Made by a program: the position numbers and the translations under genes. Of a stretch of 63,953 nucleotides of DNA, positions 54,960-63,953 are shown one piece after another. The stretch covers positions 1-63,953 of the forward strand of contig JANYDQ010000024.1 of NCBI GenBank assembly GCA_025363555.1, written 5' to 3'. How positions within the stretch are numbered: the first letter of the stretch is position 1; every line of letters begins with the position of its first letter. Source of the stretch: Bacteroidota bacterium (GTDB lineage Bacteria > Bacteroidota > Bacteroidia > 2-12-FULL-35-15). Under the pieces are notes generated by a model. It did not search any database and was not told the DNA's origin. It worked only from the letters and a program-made list of their open reading frames with translations.

Positions 54960-55565
54960 ATGGAAATAAAAACCGCACAATTTGTAATGAGCAATACGGA
55001 AGTGGCCAAATGCCCGAAACCCGATATGCCCGAATATGCTTTTATTGGCAGAAGTAACGTAGGAAAATCTTCTCTTATTAATATGCTTTGCACCCGGAAC
55101 AATATGGCAAAAACTTCGGGCAAGCCCGGCAAAACGCAACTTATCAACCATTTTATAATCAATGCCAACTGGTACCTGGTCGATTTGCCCGGTTACGGAT
55201 ATGCCACCGTTTCCAAAGAAAGAAAGGAAACATGGGTAAAATTTTTGCAGGATTACATCCTCGAACGCCAAAACCTGATGTGTATGTTTGTACTTTTAGA
55301 TTCGCGTATTCCCATGCAAAAAATAGATTTGGAATTTATGAACTGGCTGGGCGAAAATCAGATTGCCTTTGTGATGGTTTTCACCAAAACAGACAAACTA
55401 TCCAAAAAACAATTTGCCGACAACATTGCTGCCTACAAAAAGGACATGAGTGCCCACTGGGATGAACTACCCAAATGTTTTTATACTTCAGCCGAAAAAA
55501 AAACCGGGAGAGACGAAATTCTCGATTTTATAGCCCAAAGCAATAAGTTATTTAAAAAAGTTTAA
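54960..55565 (+). CDS. engB: ribosome biogenesis GTP-binding protein YihA/EngB
   Basis: G1 GRSNVGKSSLIN, DLPGYGYA, and TKTDK. Confidence 0.9.
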   Translation: MEIKTAQFVMSNTEVAKCPKPDMPEYAFIGRSNVGKSSLINMLCTRNNMAKTSGKPGKTQLINHFIINANWYLVDLPGYGYATVSKERKETWVKFLQDYILERQNLMCMFVLLDSRIPMQKIDLEFMNWLGENQIAFVMVFTKTDKLSKKQFADNIAAYKKDMSAHWDELPKCFYTSAEKKTGRDEILDFIAQSNKLFKKV

Positions 55566-55582
55566 GATTTGCCAAAGAATCT

Positions 55583-55590
55583 TATATTTG
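55583..55590 (+). promoter_or_regulatory. Bacteroidota -7 box candidate (TATATTTG)
   Basis: TAnnTTTG match about 90 nt upstream of the ATG at 55682. Confidence 0.3.
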
Positions 55591-55681
55591 CACCCCGATT
55601 TGAAAAAACGGGTAAATGTTTTAGTAATAAAACTTTATAACAATAAATCAATTTAACAAAAAACAATATAACAATAAAAAA

Positions 55682-57883
55682 ATGAGTGTATTAGAAAGAT
55701 TACGTAAACGTTCGGGATTGTTAGTAGCAATAGTAGGTTTGGCTTTATTAGCCTTTGTACTAACGGGCTTATTCGAAAAAGGTTTTTCCGGAAGCAGCAC
55801 AAGAGCTGTTGGCGAGATAAACGGCAAGGCAATAGAATACATTCCGTTTGATACCAAGGTGAAAGAAGCGATTGAAAATCAGAAGAAGAACGGGCAGAAA
55901 ACCACCTTAACACCCGAAGAAACCGACCAGACTGTGCAACAGGTATGGAACCAAACTATCAACGAAGAAGTGATGAACAAGGAATATGAGAAATTAGGAA
56001 TTGCTGTTTCTGACGAAGAACTTTATGACTTAATGGTGGACCACCCGCATAGTGCTTTGGTACGAAACCTTAGCGACCAGCAGGGAAAAGTTTCACAAAT
56101 GTTTGCCGACCCGAGAACAGGACAAATAAGCCCTGCCAAAATTAAAGAATTTACCCAGAAAATGACCGATGAACAGGAACAAAACTGGACAAAACTGGAA
56201 GAATATATTAAACAGGTGCGTACAGTAGAAAAATATAATAACCTTGTAAAAAAAGGATTGTACATTCCTACTGCATTTGCAAAGCGCGAATACATAGCCA
56301 CCAACACCAATGCTACTGTTCGTTTTGTCTATAAACCATTTAAAACGATAGTGGACAGCACCTTGAAACCAACAGATGCAGAATTAGATTCGTATTATAA
56401 AGAACACCAAAACGAATTTAAGCAGGAAGCATCGCGCAAGTTCGAATATGTAGCTTTTGATATTTTACCAACTCCTGAAGATTTTGATATTGCAAAAAAG
56501 GCAATGGAAAAAACAGCAGAAGAATTTAAAACAAAAAAAATCGCTGATGATTCAGCGTATGTAGTTTCAGAATCGGAAACAAGAAATTTTGATATGACTT
56601 ATCATACCAAAGGAACATTATCCCCTGTAATAGATTCGGCAGCATTTAAAGCAGAGGTAGGAATTGTAATGGGACCCTACCTGGAAAACGGAACATTTAA
56701 AATATTTAAAGTAGAAGCCACCAAAATTTCAGCAGATTCGGCAAAAGTTCGCCATTGCTTAATAGCTTATAAAGGAGCGTCATCGGCCGCACCAACTGTT
56801 ACCCGTTCTAAAGAACAGGCAAAAGCAATGGCTGACAGCCTTGCTAACTTATTAAGAAAGAAAAAAGGTGACTTCAAAGATTTTGTAGCCAAATACTCTG
56901 ACGATATGGGGGGTAAAAACGCACAGCCGGATCCGAAAAACCCAAAGAAATTTGTGATGGGTAAAGACGGAGAATATGGCTGGATAAATGCAAAAAGCGG
57001 GTTTGTAGAACCATTTAAAAATGGCGGATTAGATGGTAAAAAAGGAGAGATAGTAGTGGTAGAAGCTCAATTTGGTTATCATATTATGGAAATAGAAGAT
57101 TCCAAAGGCAAACAAACAAAAGTGCAGGTTTCTTCTATTGAAACCAAAGTGGGACCAAGCAGCAAAACCATGCAGCAGGTGTATGTAAAAGCTTCTGAAT
57201 TTGCCGGAAAAAACAATACCAATGAATTGTTTCAGAAAGCAGTTATTGATCAAAAATTAAACAAACGAATTGCCGACAATATTAAAGAGAACGATAAAAC
57301 CATTGCAGGTATTGAATCTCCGAGAAGCCTGGTAAGATGGGTGTACGATAATAAAAAAGGAACTGTATCGGAAGCACAGGAGTTTGGCGATAAGTTTGTA
57401 GTAGGTGTAATAACCGAAACCAAAGAAAAAGGCACAGGTACTATGGAAGATGTAAAAGATGCATTGACTGCAAAAGTGATTAAAAAGAAAAAAAGTGAGC
57501 AGTTAATAAAAGAAGCTGGTGATGCTGCATCCTCCGGAAAAACAATTGAAGAGGTGGCTGCAAAAATGAAAGTTCAGTTATCACAGCCTTACCCGAATGT
57601 TAATTTTGCTTCCGCACCGGGAGTTCCTGATTTGGCTTCTGATGGTAGTTTTTTAGGTACTGTTGCCGGCTTAAAAGTAAAAACAATGAGCAAACCGATT
57701 GTTGCAAACGATGGTGTGTTTGTGGTATATGTAGATTCAAAAACAGATGCCCCTGCACAGAAAGAATATAAAGCACAACAGGCAGTTCAAATTTCCGCTA
57801 TTACTCAGCGGGTAGATTACGAAGTATATGATGCTCTTAAACAAAATGCAAACGTTACCGAACACCTGGTTAGGTTTTATTAA
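55682..57883 (+). CDS. periplasmic chaperone / peptidyl-prolyl isomerase, PpiD/SurA-like
   Basis: N-terminal anchor GLLVAIVGLALLAFVLTGLF, a SurA_N-like region, and a parvulin-like segment AKVRHCLIAYKG...GYGWINAKSGFVEPF...FGYHIMEI. Confidence 0.7.
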   Translation: MSVLERLRKRSGLLVAIVGLALLAFVLTGLFEKGFSGSSTRAVGEINGKAIEYIPFDTKVKEAIENQKKNGQKTTLTPEETDQTVQQVWNQTINEEVMNKEYEKLGIAVSDEELYDLMVDHPHSALVRNLSDQQGKVSQMFADPRTGQISPAKIKEFTQKMTDEQEQNWTKLEEYIKQVRTVEKYNNLVKKGLYIPTAFAKREYIATNTNATVRFVYKPFKTIVDSTLKPTDAELDSYYKEHQNEFKQEASRKFEYVAFDILPTPEDFDIAKKAMEKTAEEFKTKKIADDSAYVVSESETRNFDMTYHTKGTLSPVIDSAAFKAEVGIVMGPYLENGTFKIFKVEATKISADSAKVRHCLIAYKGASSAAPTVTRSKEQAKAMADSLANLLRKKKGDFKDFVAKYSDDMGGKNAQPDPKNPKKFVMGKDGEYGWINAKSGFVEPFKNGGLDGKKGEIVVVEAQFGYHIMEIEDSKGKQTKVQVSSIETKVGPSSKTMQQVYVKASEFAGKNNTNELFQKAVIDQKLNKRIADNIKENDKTIAGIESPRSLVRWVYDNKKGTVSEAQEFGDKFVVGVITETKEKGTGTMEDVKDALTAKVIKKKKSEQLIKEAGDAASSGKTIEEVAAKMKVQLSQPYPNVNFASAPGVPDLASDGSFLGTVAGLKVKTMSKPIVANDGVFVVYVDSKTDAPAQKEYKAQQAVQISAITQRVDYEVYDALKQNANVTEHLVRFY

Positions 57884-57919
57884 TAGAAGAAAGTCTTCCC
57901 TATATAATAGGAGATTCAT

Positions 57920-57955
57920 AATCCCGGTTCAGAGTTCTGAACCGGGATTTTTTAT
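57920..57955 (+). terminator. rho-independent terminator
   Basis: AATCCCGGTTCAG pairs with CTGAACCGGGATT, followed by TTTTTATTT. Confidence 0.8.
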
Positions 57956-58020
57956 TTGGAAATGTATGAATCATTTTTATACCTTTACACTCGTATAATT
58001 TTAAACAAAAACAATTAACT

Positions 58021-58491
58021 ATGAAAAAAATAATGTTAAGTCTGGTTGCTGTAGCAATAATGTTTGCAACCTCCAATGCACAGGACAAAAAGGCTCCTGC
58101 ACAAAAATCTCCTGAACAACGCGCAGAGCGTTATCTTCAGAGATTGAATGAAGAGTATGTTTTAACAGAAGCACAAAAGCCAAAAGTGAAAGAATTTATT
58201 TTGAAGCGCGAAGAAGCCCGCGATGAGTTACGAAAAAAATATGCGGATGATAATAATGCCTATGCTACGGAGTTTAAAAAAGCAAATGCCGAAGCAGACA
58301 AAGGAATAAAAGAATTATTAACTCCTGAACAGATAGAACACCAAAAACAATACATAAAAGAAGTAAGAGAAAAAAACAAAGAGAACGCTGAAAAACGAAA
58401 AACAGCTCCTTCAGCACCGGCAAATTCTCCGGCTAACAAGGAAGAAAAAGCACCGGCAAAAACTCCACCACCACCTTCTTCACCTAAATAA
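58021..58491 (+). CDS. secreted K/E-rich protein with LTxxQ-like motifs (Spy/CpxP-like?) and P-rich tail
   Basis: Signal peptide MKKIMLSLVAVAIMFATSNAQ, LTEAQKPKV and LTPEQIEHQ motifs, and the tail APSAPANSPANKEEKAPAKTPPPPSSPK. Confidence 0.5.
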   Translation: MKKIMLSLVAVAIMFATSNAQDKKAPAQKSPEQRAERYLQRLNEEYVLTEAQKPKVKEFILKREEARDELRKKYADDNNAYATEFKKANAEADKGIKELLTPEQIEHQKQYIKEVREKNKENAEKRKTAPSAPANSPANKEEKAPAKTPPPPSSPK

Positions 58492-58499
58492 GTATTAAT

Positions 58500-58533
58500 A
58501 AAGTCCCGACCACCAACAGTCGGGACTTTTTTA
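58500..58533 (+). terminator. rho-independent terminator
   Basis: GTCCCGAC (58503-58510) pairs with GTCGGGAC (58519-58526), followed by TTTTTTATTT. Confidence 0.8.
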
Positions 58534-58740
58534 TTTGTTTCAATGTGGTTACAAAAAGTGTTAGTGCAAAAACATCAAATCTGCCTTCATTGAAGTAAAA
58601 AAATTGTTTTTATAACCATAACCCCCTTTTTTTATCACCTTTTCTTCCATTTAGTTAATAATTTGTAATTTAATCTTCAAAAAAGAGGGGGTGTTAATAA
58701 AATAATAATACTTTTTTGACACTACCTACCCCAAAAGATA

Positions 58741-58748
58741 TACTTTTG
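58741..58748 (+). promoter_or_regulatory. Bacteroidota -7 box candidate (TACTTTTG) for glnN
   Basis: TAnnTTTG match 134 nt upstream of the ATG at 58882. This would give a roughly 125-nt leader. Confidence 0.35.
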
Positions 58749-58771
58749 TCCCCCGAAAATGAAAAAGCAAA

Positions 58772-58857
58772 TAGCGAACAGGCAATAGTGAATAGAAAAC
58801 AAAGAGTTCAAAATAAACAACAACCACTATTCGCTATTGCCTGTTTCCTATTCGCTA
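58772..58857 (+). promoter_or_regulatory. long imperfect hairpin in the putative glnN leader
   Basis: AACAGGCAATAGTGAATAG (58777-58795) pairs with CTATTCGCTATTGCCTGTT (58827-58845) in 18 of 19 positions, with a 31-nt loop. The outer pairing TAGCG/CGCTA follows a 7-nt bulge. There is no T-run after the hairpin. Confidence 0.5.
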
Positions 58858-58881
58858 ACTAATAACTAAAAACTAAAAACC

Positions 58882-61071
58882 ATGGCTTTCCACAGATTTA
58901 AAGCATTAGAAACAGTACTTTCGAGAGTACCGGTAGAAGTTACGATGCCAAGTAACAAAGTATCCGAATTTTTTGGCGAAAATGTGTTTGGCATAGATGC
59001 TATGCGCGAGTATTTATCGGACGAAGCGTTCGGCAGTGTGATGGCTGCCATGGAACAAGGTACACAGATAGAACGCAAAATGGCTGACCAGGTGGCAGCA
59101 AGTATGAAAATATGGGCAAACTCGAAAGGGGCTACTCATTATACTCACTGGTTTCAGCCACTAACAGGGGCAACTGCCGAAAAGCATGATGCTTTTTTTG
59201 AACCTACAGAAGGCGGCAGAGCTATTGAGCGTTTTGGAGGTAGCCAGTTGGTGCAGCAGGAACCCGATGCTTCCAGTTTCCCAAACGGGGGCATTCGTAA
59301 TACCTTTGAAGCAAGAGGATATACCGGCTGGGACCCTACTTCTCCTGCTTTCGTAATGGGGAAAACATTGTGTATCCCTACCATCTTTGTTTCTTACACT
59401 GGTGAAGCACTGGATTTTAAAACTCCTTTATTAAAAGCATTGAATGTGTTAGACAAAGCCGCTGTGGATGTTTGCCAGTATTTCGATAAAAACGTTACGA
59501 AAGTAATTGCCACCCTGGGCTGGGAGCAGGAATATTTTTTGGTGGATGAAGCATTATTTAACGCCCGCCCTGATTTGGCAATGACCGGGCGCGCTTTGTT
59601 CGGACATGCCCCCTCCAAAGGGCAACAGCTGGACGACCATTATTTTGGTTCGATACCCGACAGGGCTACTCATTTTATGCGCGATTTTGAAGTGGAATCT
59701 TTAAAGTTAGGCATTCCTGTAAAAACTCGTCACAATGAAGTGGCTCCTAACCAGTTTGAATGTGCGCCTGTGTTTGAGGAGTGCAACCTGGCTGTGGACC
59801 ACAACCAGTTATTGATGGATGTGATGGAAAAAGTTGCCCGCAGGCATAACTTCCGTGTGTTGCTTCACGAAAAACCTTTTGCAGGAGTGAACGGAAGCGG
59901 CAAGCACAACAACTGGAGCATGAGTACCAACACCGGCAAAAATTTATTGAGTCCCGGAAAAACTCCTAAAACCAATTTGCAGTTTCTTACTTTCTTTATC
60001 AATACCGTAAAAGCGGTTCACGATAACGCTGATTTGTTGCGTGCTTCCATCGCGTCAGCAAATAACGATCATCGTTTGGGAGCCAACGAAGCTCCTCCGG
60101 CTATTATGTCTGTTTTTTTGGGAACTCAACTTTCTAAAGTGCTGGATGAATTGGAAACTAAAGTAAAAACTGGCAAAATGAGTCCTGACGAAAAAACAGC
60201 ATTGAAGCTGGGTGTGGGTAAAATTCCTGATATTCTTTTAGACAATACGGATAGAAACCGTACTTCTCCATTTGCATTTACAGGAAATAAATTTGAATTC
60301 CGTGCTGTGGGTTCTTCGGCTAACTGTGCCGGACCAATGACTGTGCTGAATGCAATTATGGCTGACCAGTTGGTAAAGTTTAAACGCGATGTGGATGATT
60401 TGATTAAAAAGAATGTGGAAAAAGACGAAGCTATTTTCCAGGTGTTGAGAAAATGTATTATTGATTCTAAAAAAATTCGATTTGAAGGAAATGGCTATGG
60501 TGAGGAATGGGTGAAAGAAGCTGCAAAGCGCGGACTGTCGAATATTAAAACCACCCCGGAGGCTTTGGAGGCTTTTGTTTCTACTCAATCTTTAAATATT
60601 TTTGTTCGCAACCATATAATGAACGACAGGGAACAACATGCACGTTATGATATTTATTTGGAAACTTATACCAAGAAAATCCAGATTGAATCGCGCGTGA
60701 TGGCTGATTTGGCTTTGAACCACATTATTCCGACAGCTATTAAATATCAAAGCACGTTGATTGATAACGTGAAAGGGTTGAAAGAAATAATGAGCCCGGC
60801 TGATTTTAAAAAGAATGCAAACATACAACTGGAAATGATTACTGAAATTTCAGACCACATCAATATTATTAAAACCAAGGTGGACGCGATGACGGAAGCC
60901 AGGAGAAAAGCTAACCAAATTGCCGATGTAAAAAAACAAGCGGTTGATTATTGCGAAAAAGTGAAATCTTATTTTGACACTATTCGTTACCATGTGGATA
61001 AGCTGGAATTGATTATAGATGACGAAGCCTGGCCTCTGCCTAAATACAGGGAGTTGCTGTTTACGAAGTAG
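58882..61071 (+). CDS. glnN: glutamine synthetase type III
   Basis: 729 aa. GSIII-typical motifs: ATHYTHWFQPLTG, EPDASSFPNGG, KTRHNEVAPNQFE, NGSGKHNNWS, NRTSPFAFTGNKFEFRAVGSS. Confidence 0.92.
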   Translation: MAFHRFKALETVLSRVPVEVTMPSNKVSEFFGENVFGIDAMREYLSDEAFGSVMAAMEQGTQIERKMADQVAASMKIWANSKGATHYTHWFQPLTGATAEKHDAFFEPTEGGRAIERFGGSQLVQQEPDASSFPNGGIRNTFEARGYTGWDPTSPAFVMGKTLCIPTIFVSYTGEALDFKTPLLKALNVLDKAAVDVCQYFDKNVTKVIATLGWEQEYFLVDEALFNARPDLAMTGRALFGHAPSKGQQLDDHYFGSIPDRATHFMRDFEVESLKLGIPVKTRHNEVAPNQFECAPVFEECNLAVDHNQLLMDVMEKVARRHNFRVLLHEKPFAGVNGSGKHNNWSMSTNTGKNLLSPGKTPKTNLQFLTFFINTVKAVHDNADLLRASIASANNDHRLGANEAPPAIMSVFLGTQLSKVLDELETKVKTGKMSPDEKTALKLGVGKIPDILLDNTDRNRTSPFAFTGNKFEFRAVGSSANCAGPMTVLNAIMADQLVKFKRDVDDLIKKNVEKDEAIFQVLRKCIIDSKKIRFEGNGYGEEWVKEAAKRGLSNIKTTPEALEAFVSTQSLNIFVRNHIMNDREQHARYDIYLETYTKKIQIESRVMADLALNHIIPTAIKYQSTLIDNVKGLKEIMSPADFKKNANIQLEMITEISDHINIIKTKVDAMTEARRKANQIADVKKQAVDYCEKVKSYFDTIRYHVDKLELIIDDEAWPLPKYRELLFTK

Positions 61072-61114
61072 TGAATAGTTCATTGGTTTATTAGTTCATT
61101 AGTTCATTAGTAAA

Positions 61115-61148
61115 AGAGGGATAACGAAAGTTGCCCTCTTTTTTTTTA
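61115..61148 (+). terminator. rho-independent terminator after glnN
   Basis: AGAGGG (61115-61120) pairs with CCCTCT (61134-61139), followed by nine T. Confidence 0.7.
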
Positions 61149-61365
61149 TATTTTGCAGAAATCGAAAATAATCATACATTTGCCGAACAAAAGTTCACAA
61201 AAAATGCAAACAGAAAACCACTCATTTAGTGCAATGCCTCTGAAAGGCAGTGTTTGTAAACACACTCACCGCCTAAGTTTTAAAAATAAAATTTATTCCC
61301 ATATACTAAAGTCCGGCAACGAAAAGATTCGAAGCCGGATTTTTAGTTTTAATGGAAAATCTTCA

Positions 61366-61470
61366 ATTGCAGATAGAACAACTACAACAGCAGATACCGC
61401 ATCTTTAATTGCAGATACCACATCTTTAATTGCAGATAGAAAATCTACAACGGCAGATTTTTTATCTATA
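61366..61470 (+). repeat. tandem array of 5 units of 21 bp, each carrying an AGAT-N5-ATCT palindrome
   Basis: The five units are attgcAGATagaacaACTaca, acagcAGATaccgcATCTtta, attgcAGATaccacATCTtta, attgcAGATagaaaATCTaca and acggcAGATtttttATCTata. The array is followed by the AT palindrome ACTGTTTTTTTTAAAAAAACAGT. Confidence 0.85.
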
Positions 61471-61656
61471 ACTGTTTTTTTTAAAAAAACAGTTTTCCGA
61501 ATTAAGGTATTAGTTCAATTAGTTAACTATAAAAGTATATATATCAATAATTTATGAAAATTTTGAATTTTGTCCGTAAAATCAAACACTCCGGTTTTGC
61601 AAAGGGCAAATTAAAAAAAGAAAGGAGTGAAAAAATAACTTAATACCCAAAAAGAA

Positions 61657-62424
61657 ATGAAAAAAAATCAAATTACATTCGACATGATTTATGATGTCGT
61701 AACAAAAAAATGCAAAAGCAAGAAAGTCCTGAAAAAAAACCAGCCCATTATTATAATGGTAATTTTTCACACTTTTCCTGACGTGCTTTCCGATTTAAAC
61801 AATTATTTTTTAACCGCCAAAACGTATGTTAACACCACCTCTCACCTGGCGGTGGCTGCGGCAAAGCTGGCTATTTTAAACCCATTGGTTACCGGCAGTG
61901 CCGAGGCGTGGGATGTAATTTACCCGGCTTCGGTGGGCGATAATTCCACCCACAACAACCGCACAAAGCGTAACATTTTGATTGGAAAAATTGAACATTG
62001 TTTGCTCGATATTTATGATAATATCCCGGCAGATTTGTGGACAGTGGACGACAGGAGCGCCCTGCGCAGACCGCTGAAAGCAGTTACTCACACACACAGC
62101 ACTGTGTATCCAAATGCACCAACCATTGAAGTAAATAATATTCAGCATTTGGGAATAACTTTGAAAATGGTGAATCCGGCTACACCTGGCTCACAGCAGG
62201 TTCCGGCAAAACAGCACATGCACCTGGAAACTTGTATAGGTGCTGCCGGTTTGGCTGATGCCGATATTCCATGGGCAGGAGGCGAAGAGGTTACTCATTT
62301 TTTGCATTCCATTCATTTTTCGGAAGTGCAGGTAGGCAAAACCGCTTATTTTCGGGTTTGTTACGAAAGCACCCGCAAGGAACGCAGTGTATATAGCGCG
62401 ATTTGCAAAGCAGTGATTGCTTAA
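61657..62424 (+). CDS. hypothetical protein, Fn3-tail family paralogue 3
   Basis: No signal peptide. The C-terminus ends VQVGKTAYFRVCYESTRKERSVYSAICKAVIA (Fn3-like Y.FRV motif). An alternative start at 61756 (MVIFHTFPDVLSDLNNY) aligns better with the N-termini of the other two paralogues. Confidence 0.55.
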   Translation: MKKNQITFDMIYDVVTKKCKSKKVLKKNQPIIIMVIFHTFPDVLSDLNNYFLTAKTYVNTTSHLAVAAAKLAILNPLVTGSAEAWDVIYPASVGDNSTHNNRTKRNILIGKIEHCLLDIYDNIPADLWTVDDRSALRRPLKAVTHTHSTVYPNAPTIEVNNIQHLGITLKMVNPATPGSQQVPAKQHMHLETCIGAAGLADADIPWAGGEEVTHFLHSIHFSEVQVGKTAYFRVCYESTRKERSVYSAICKAVIA

Positions 62425-62448
62425 AATAAATTTTGATGATTAAAAAAA

Positions 62449-62486
62449 ACAATCCTGCTTTAAAAAAGGCGGGATTGTTTTTTTTT
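62449..62486 (+). terminator. rho-independent terminator
   Basis: ACAATCCTGC pairs with GCGGGATTGT (one G-U pair), followed by TTTTTTTTT. Confidence 0.7.
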
Positions 62487-62663
62487 GAAAATGAAAAAAA
62501 AAGGAAAAAAGCAGAACTCCTTTTAAAATAAAAGAGTAAGCGCCCACAAAGCAGTGCGGGGTAGTATAAGACAGGCGGGGAAAAAACATACACCTGGTAA
62601 GGTACGCCCCAGAAAAAAAAGTATTTGTAATTAATTAATGTTTAATTTTAAAAACTATAAACA

Positions 62664-63068
62664 ATGAAAAAGTTAATTTTAGTTGTAATGGGAGTAATGT
62701 TATTATTCGCATTTACGTTAGGCAATATTTCAACAATTTCAGCAGGCAATAATGATCATAATGCTAAAAATGTGAAAGAGTCAGAAAAGAAAATCCCAGT
62801 TAATGGAACTGCAACATCAAAAGATGGGTGTACATTTCATGCTGTAGGCGATTATAGTGTTTGGTCTGGTACTTTTACAGGCACGGTTACCTGCGGAGGG
62901 CCAAATCCTCCTTGCAAATCTTCGGGTACTACGTATTCATTTGCTTTAGGTGTAAATCCCGATACCGGTGAACTTTCACTTCTTAATGGCGATCATGGTG
63001 GTTGGAATGAAATTTCATCTGATGCTGATTTAGTACGTCAAATATCTGACATAATAAGGGGAAAGTAA
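62664..63068 (+). CDS. small secreted hypothetical protein (Cys-containing)
   Basis: Signal peptide MKKLILVVMGVMLLFAFTLG, 134 aa, 3 Cys in the mature part, and its own terminator. Confidence 0.5.
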   Translation: MKKLILVVMGVMLLFAFTLGNISTISAGNNDHNAKNVKESEKKIPVNGTATSKDGCTFHAVGDYSVWSGTFTGTVTCGGPNPPCKSSGTTYSFALGVNPDTGELSLLNGDHGGWNEISSDADLVRQISDIIRGK

Positions 63069-63081
63069 ATTAAAAATAATT

Positions 63082-63113
63082 AAACAGGCGTTATGGAAAT
63101 AACGCCTGTTTTT
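63082..63113 (+). terminator. rho-independent terminator
   Basis: ACAGGCGTTA pairs with TAACGCCTGT across a 6-nt loop, followed by TTTT. Confidence 0.75.
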
Positions 63114-63126
63114 AAAAACATGAAAC

Positions 63127-63768
63127 ATGAGAAAAACAATCTTTTATTTAGTCATTCTGATTTGTAATACTGCCATTGGGCAAACTTATTATTCTGAATA
63201 TAAATTGACCGTTGTGGATGATAAAAATCTGAGCGAGAAAATAAAAACTAAAGATAAGGAGGCAAAAGAACTAATGGAACAAATGTTTCCAAAACCTATA
63301 TCAGCCACCTTTTCATTAAAAGTAATTTCGAACGAAAGATATGCTTATTTAAAGGTGACATTAGACAGCGCAGGTATGCCGAACCTCTCCGTCTCCGGTG
63401 ATGTGCTATTTGTTGATTATACTAAAAATCTCTGTTACGATATGAAAACAAAATCTTATTTTTATTCTAAGCCCAACAAAATAAAAAGTGCCCCTATAAT
63501 TGTAAATGCCAATTTATTTAAGGAGGTGTTCATAGACGTGAAAGATACTATCATTGTTACATTCGACAAAATGATGCCGAAATTTATGACCAATCAATAC
63601 ATGTTTACAAACAATACGTGCGGTATAACAAAAATTCAGACAGGAAGAACCTTATTGACATTAGTAAAATTTCAGGAGCAAAAATTCGACCTTGATAAGG
63701 TGGCCGAAATATTTGAAAATAGTTGTGATAAAAAAACAAAAGATATCAATACTTTGTTTTTAAGGTAG
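63127..63768 (+). CDS. secreted hypothetical protein
   Basis: Signal peptide MRKTIFYLVILICNTAIGQ, 213 aa. No motif I can name with confidence; possibly similar to GLPGLI-family proteins, unverified. Confidence 0.45.
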   Translation: MRKTIFYLVILICNTAIGQTYYSEYKLTVVDDKNLSEKIKTKDKEAKELMEQMFPKPISATFSLKVISNERYAYLKVTLDSAGMPNLSVSGDVLFVDYTKNLCYDMKTKSYFYSKPNKIKSAPIIVNANLFKEVFIDVKDTIIVTFDKMMPKFMTNQYMFTNNTCGITKIQTGRTLLTLVKFQEQKFDLDKVAEIFENSCDKKTKDINTLFLR

Positions 63769-63953
63769 CCGTAGCAGCGTCCCTTGCTGGTGTTCAAAGT
63801 CTAAAATAGTCCCCCCGTTGGGCGTAGTTGTGCCGTGAATCATTTATCAAGATGACAAAGATAAGTGAATGTTGTATAAAAGATGATAGCAGGTCTATCA
63901 TAAGCAATGTGCAAGCATAGCTTATAAACCACCTCTCGGTGCTTTTTGAGTAA

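Noticed and set aside
61153-61557. 134-aa plus-strand ORF covering the AGAT-N5-ATCT array. The analogous ORFs 1209-1403 (-) and 31403-31615 (-) cover the other arrays.
   Set aside because: The reasoning is the same: the repeat period is a multiple of 3, so one frame stays open. The 61153 ORF starts with TTG, the compositions are odd, and nothing resembles a known protein. The periodic residues (for example Y every 7 aa in 31403-31615) simply mirror the conserved GTA of the DNA unit.
1-63953. Mobile elements, prophage, integrative elements or defence systems
   Set aside because: I found no transposase, integrase, recombinase, restriction-modification, toxin-antitoxin, Cas or phage structural signatures in any listed ORF. 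No flanking tRNA or long direct repeats bracket the glycosyltransferase island. Whether the island is accessory can only be judged by comparative genomics.

Overview
Low-GC (about 35%) chromosomal segment that looks like a gliding member of the Bacteroidota. Supporting evidence: gldH, a DUF5103/T9SS-plug-like gene, type III glutamine synthetase, TAnnTTTG-type -7 boxes, and a GTCATTGCGAGCGTAGCGAAGCAATC-type palindromic element. I can support about 50 protein genes. I saw no rRNA, tRNA, CRISPR array, transposase or integrase. Housekeeping blocks are holB-PSP1-gldH-PBP1A, scoAB, acpH-mazG, rfbA/SDR/polyprenyl synthase/plsC/gatC, engB-ppiD-like, and glnN. Four less ordinary things are interspersed among them. 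(1) A 9.3-26.1 kb island holds seven large polytopic, GT-C-like membrane proteins, and six of the seven are fused to a lectin/CBM-type module (jelly-roll-like, ricin B, fascin-like). The island also has one DPM1/GtrB/ArnC-like GT2 and an AlgX/SGNH-like gene. (2) Three paralogous signal-peptide-less proteins have a C-terminal Fn3-like tail (1528, 22389, 61657). Each is preceded by an intergenic tandem array with an exact 21-bp (two helical turns) period, and two of them also follow a small HTH gene. Two further 21-bp arrays lie at 31.4 kb and 54.8 kb. One paralogue carries an in-frame TAG inside its conserved last beta-strand motif. (3) An ArnT/ArnC/ArnD-like (Lgm-like) triad lies at 47.7-50.4 kb. 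(4) A LytS/LytTR two-component pair is preceded by a 34-bp inverted repeat. All functional calls come from motif recognition by eye. No searches were run.
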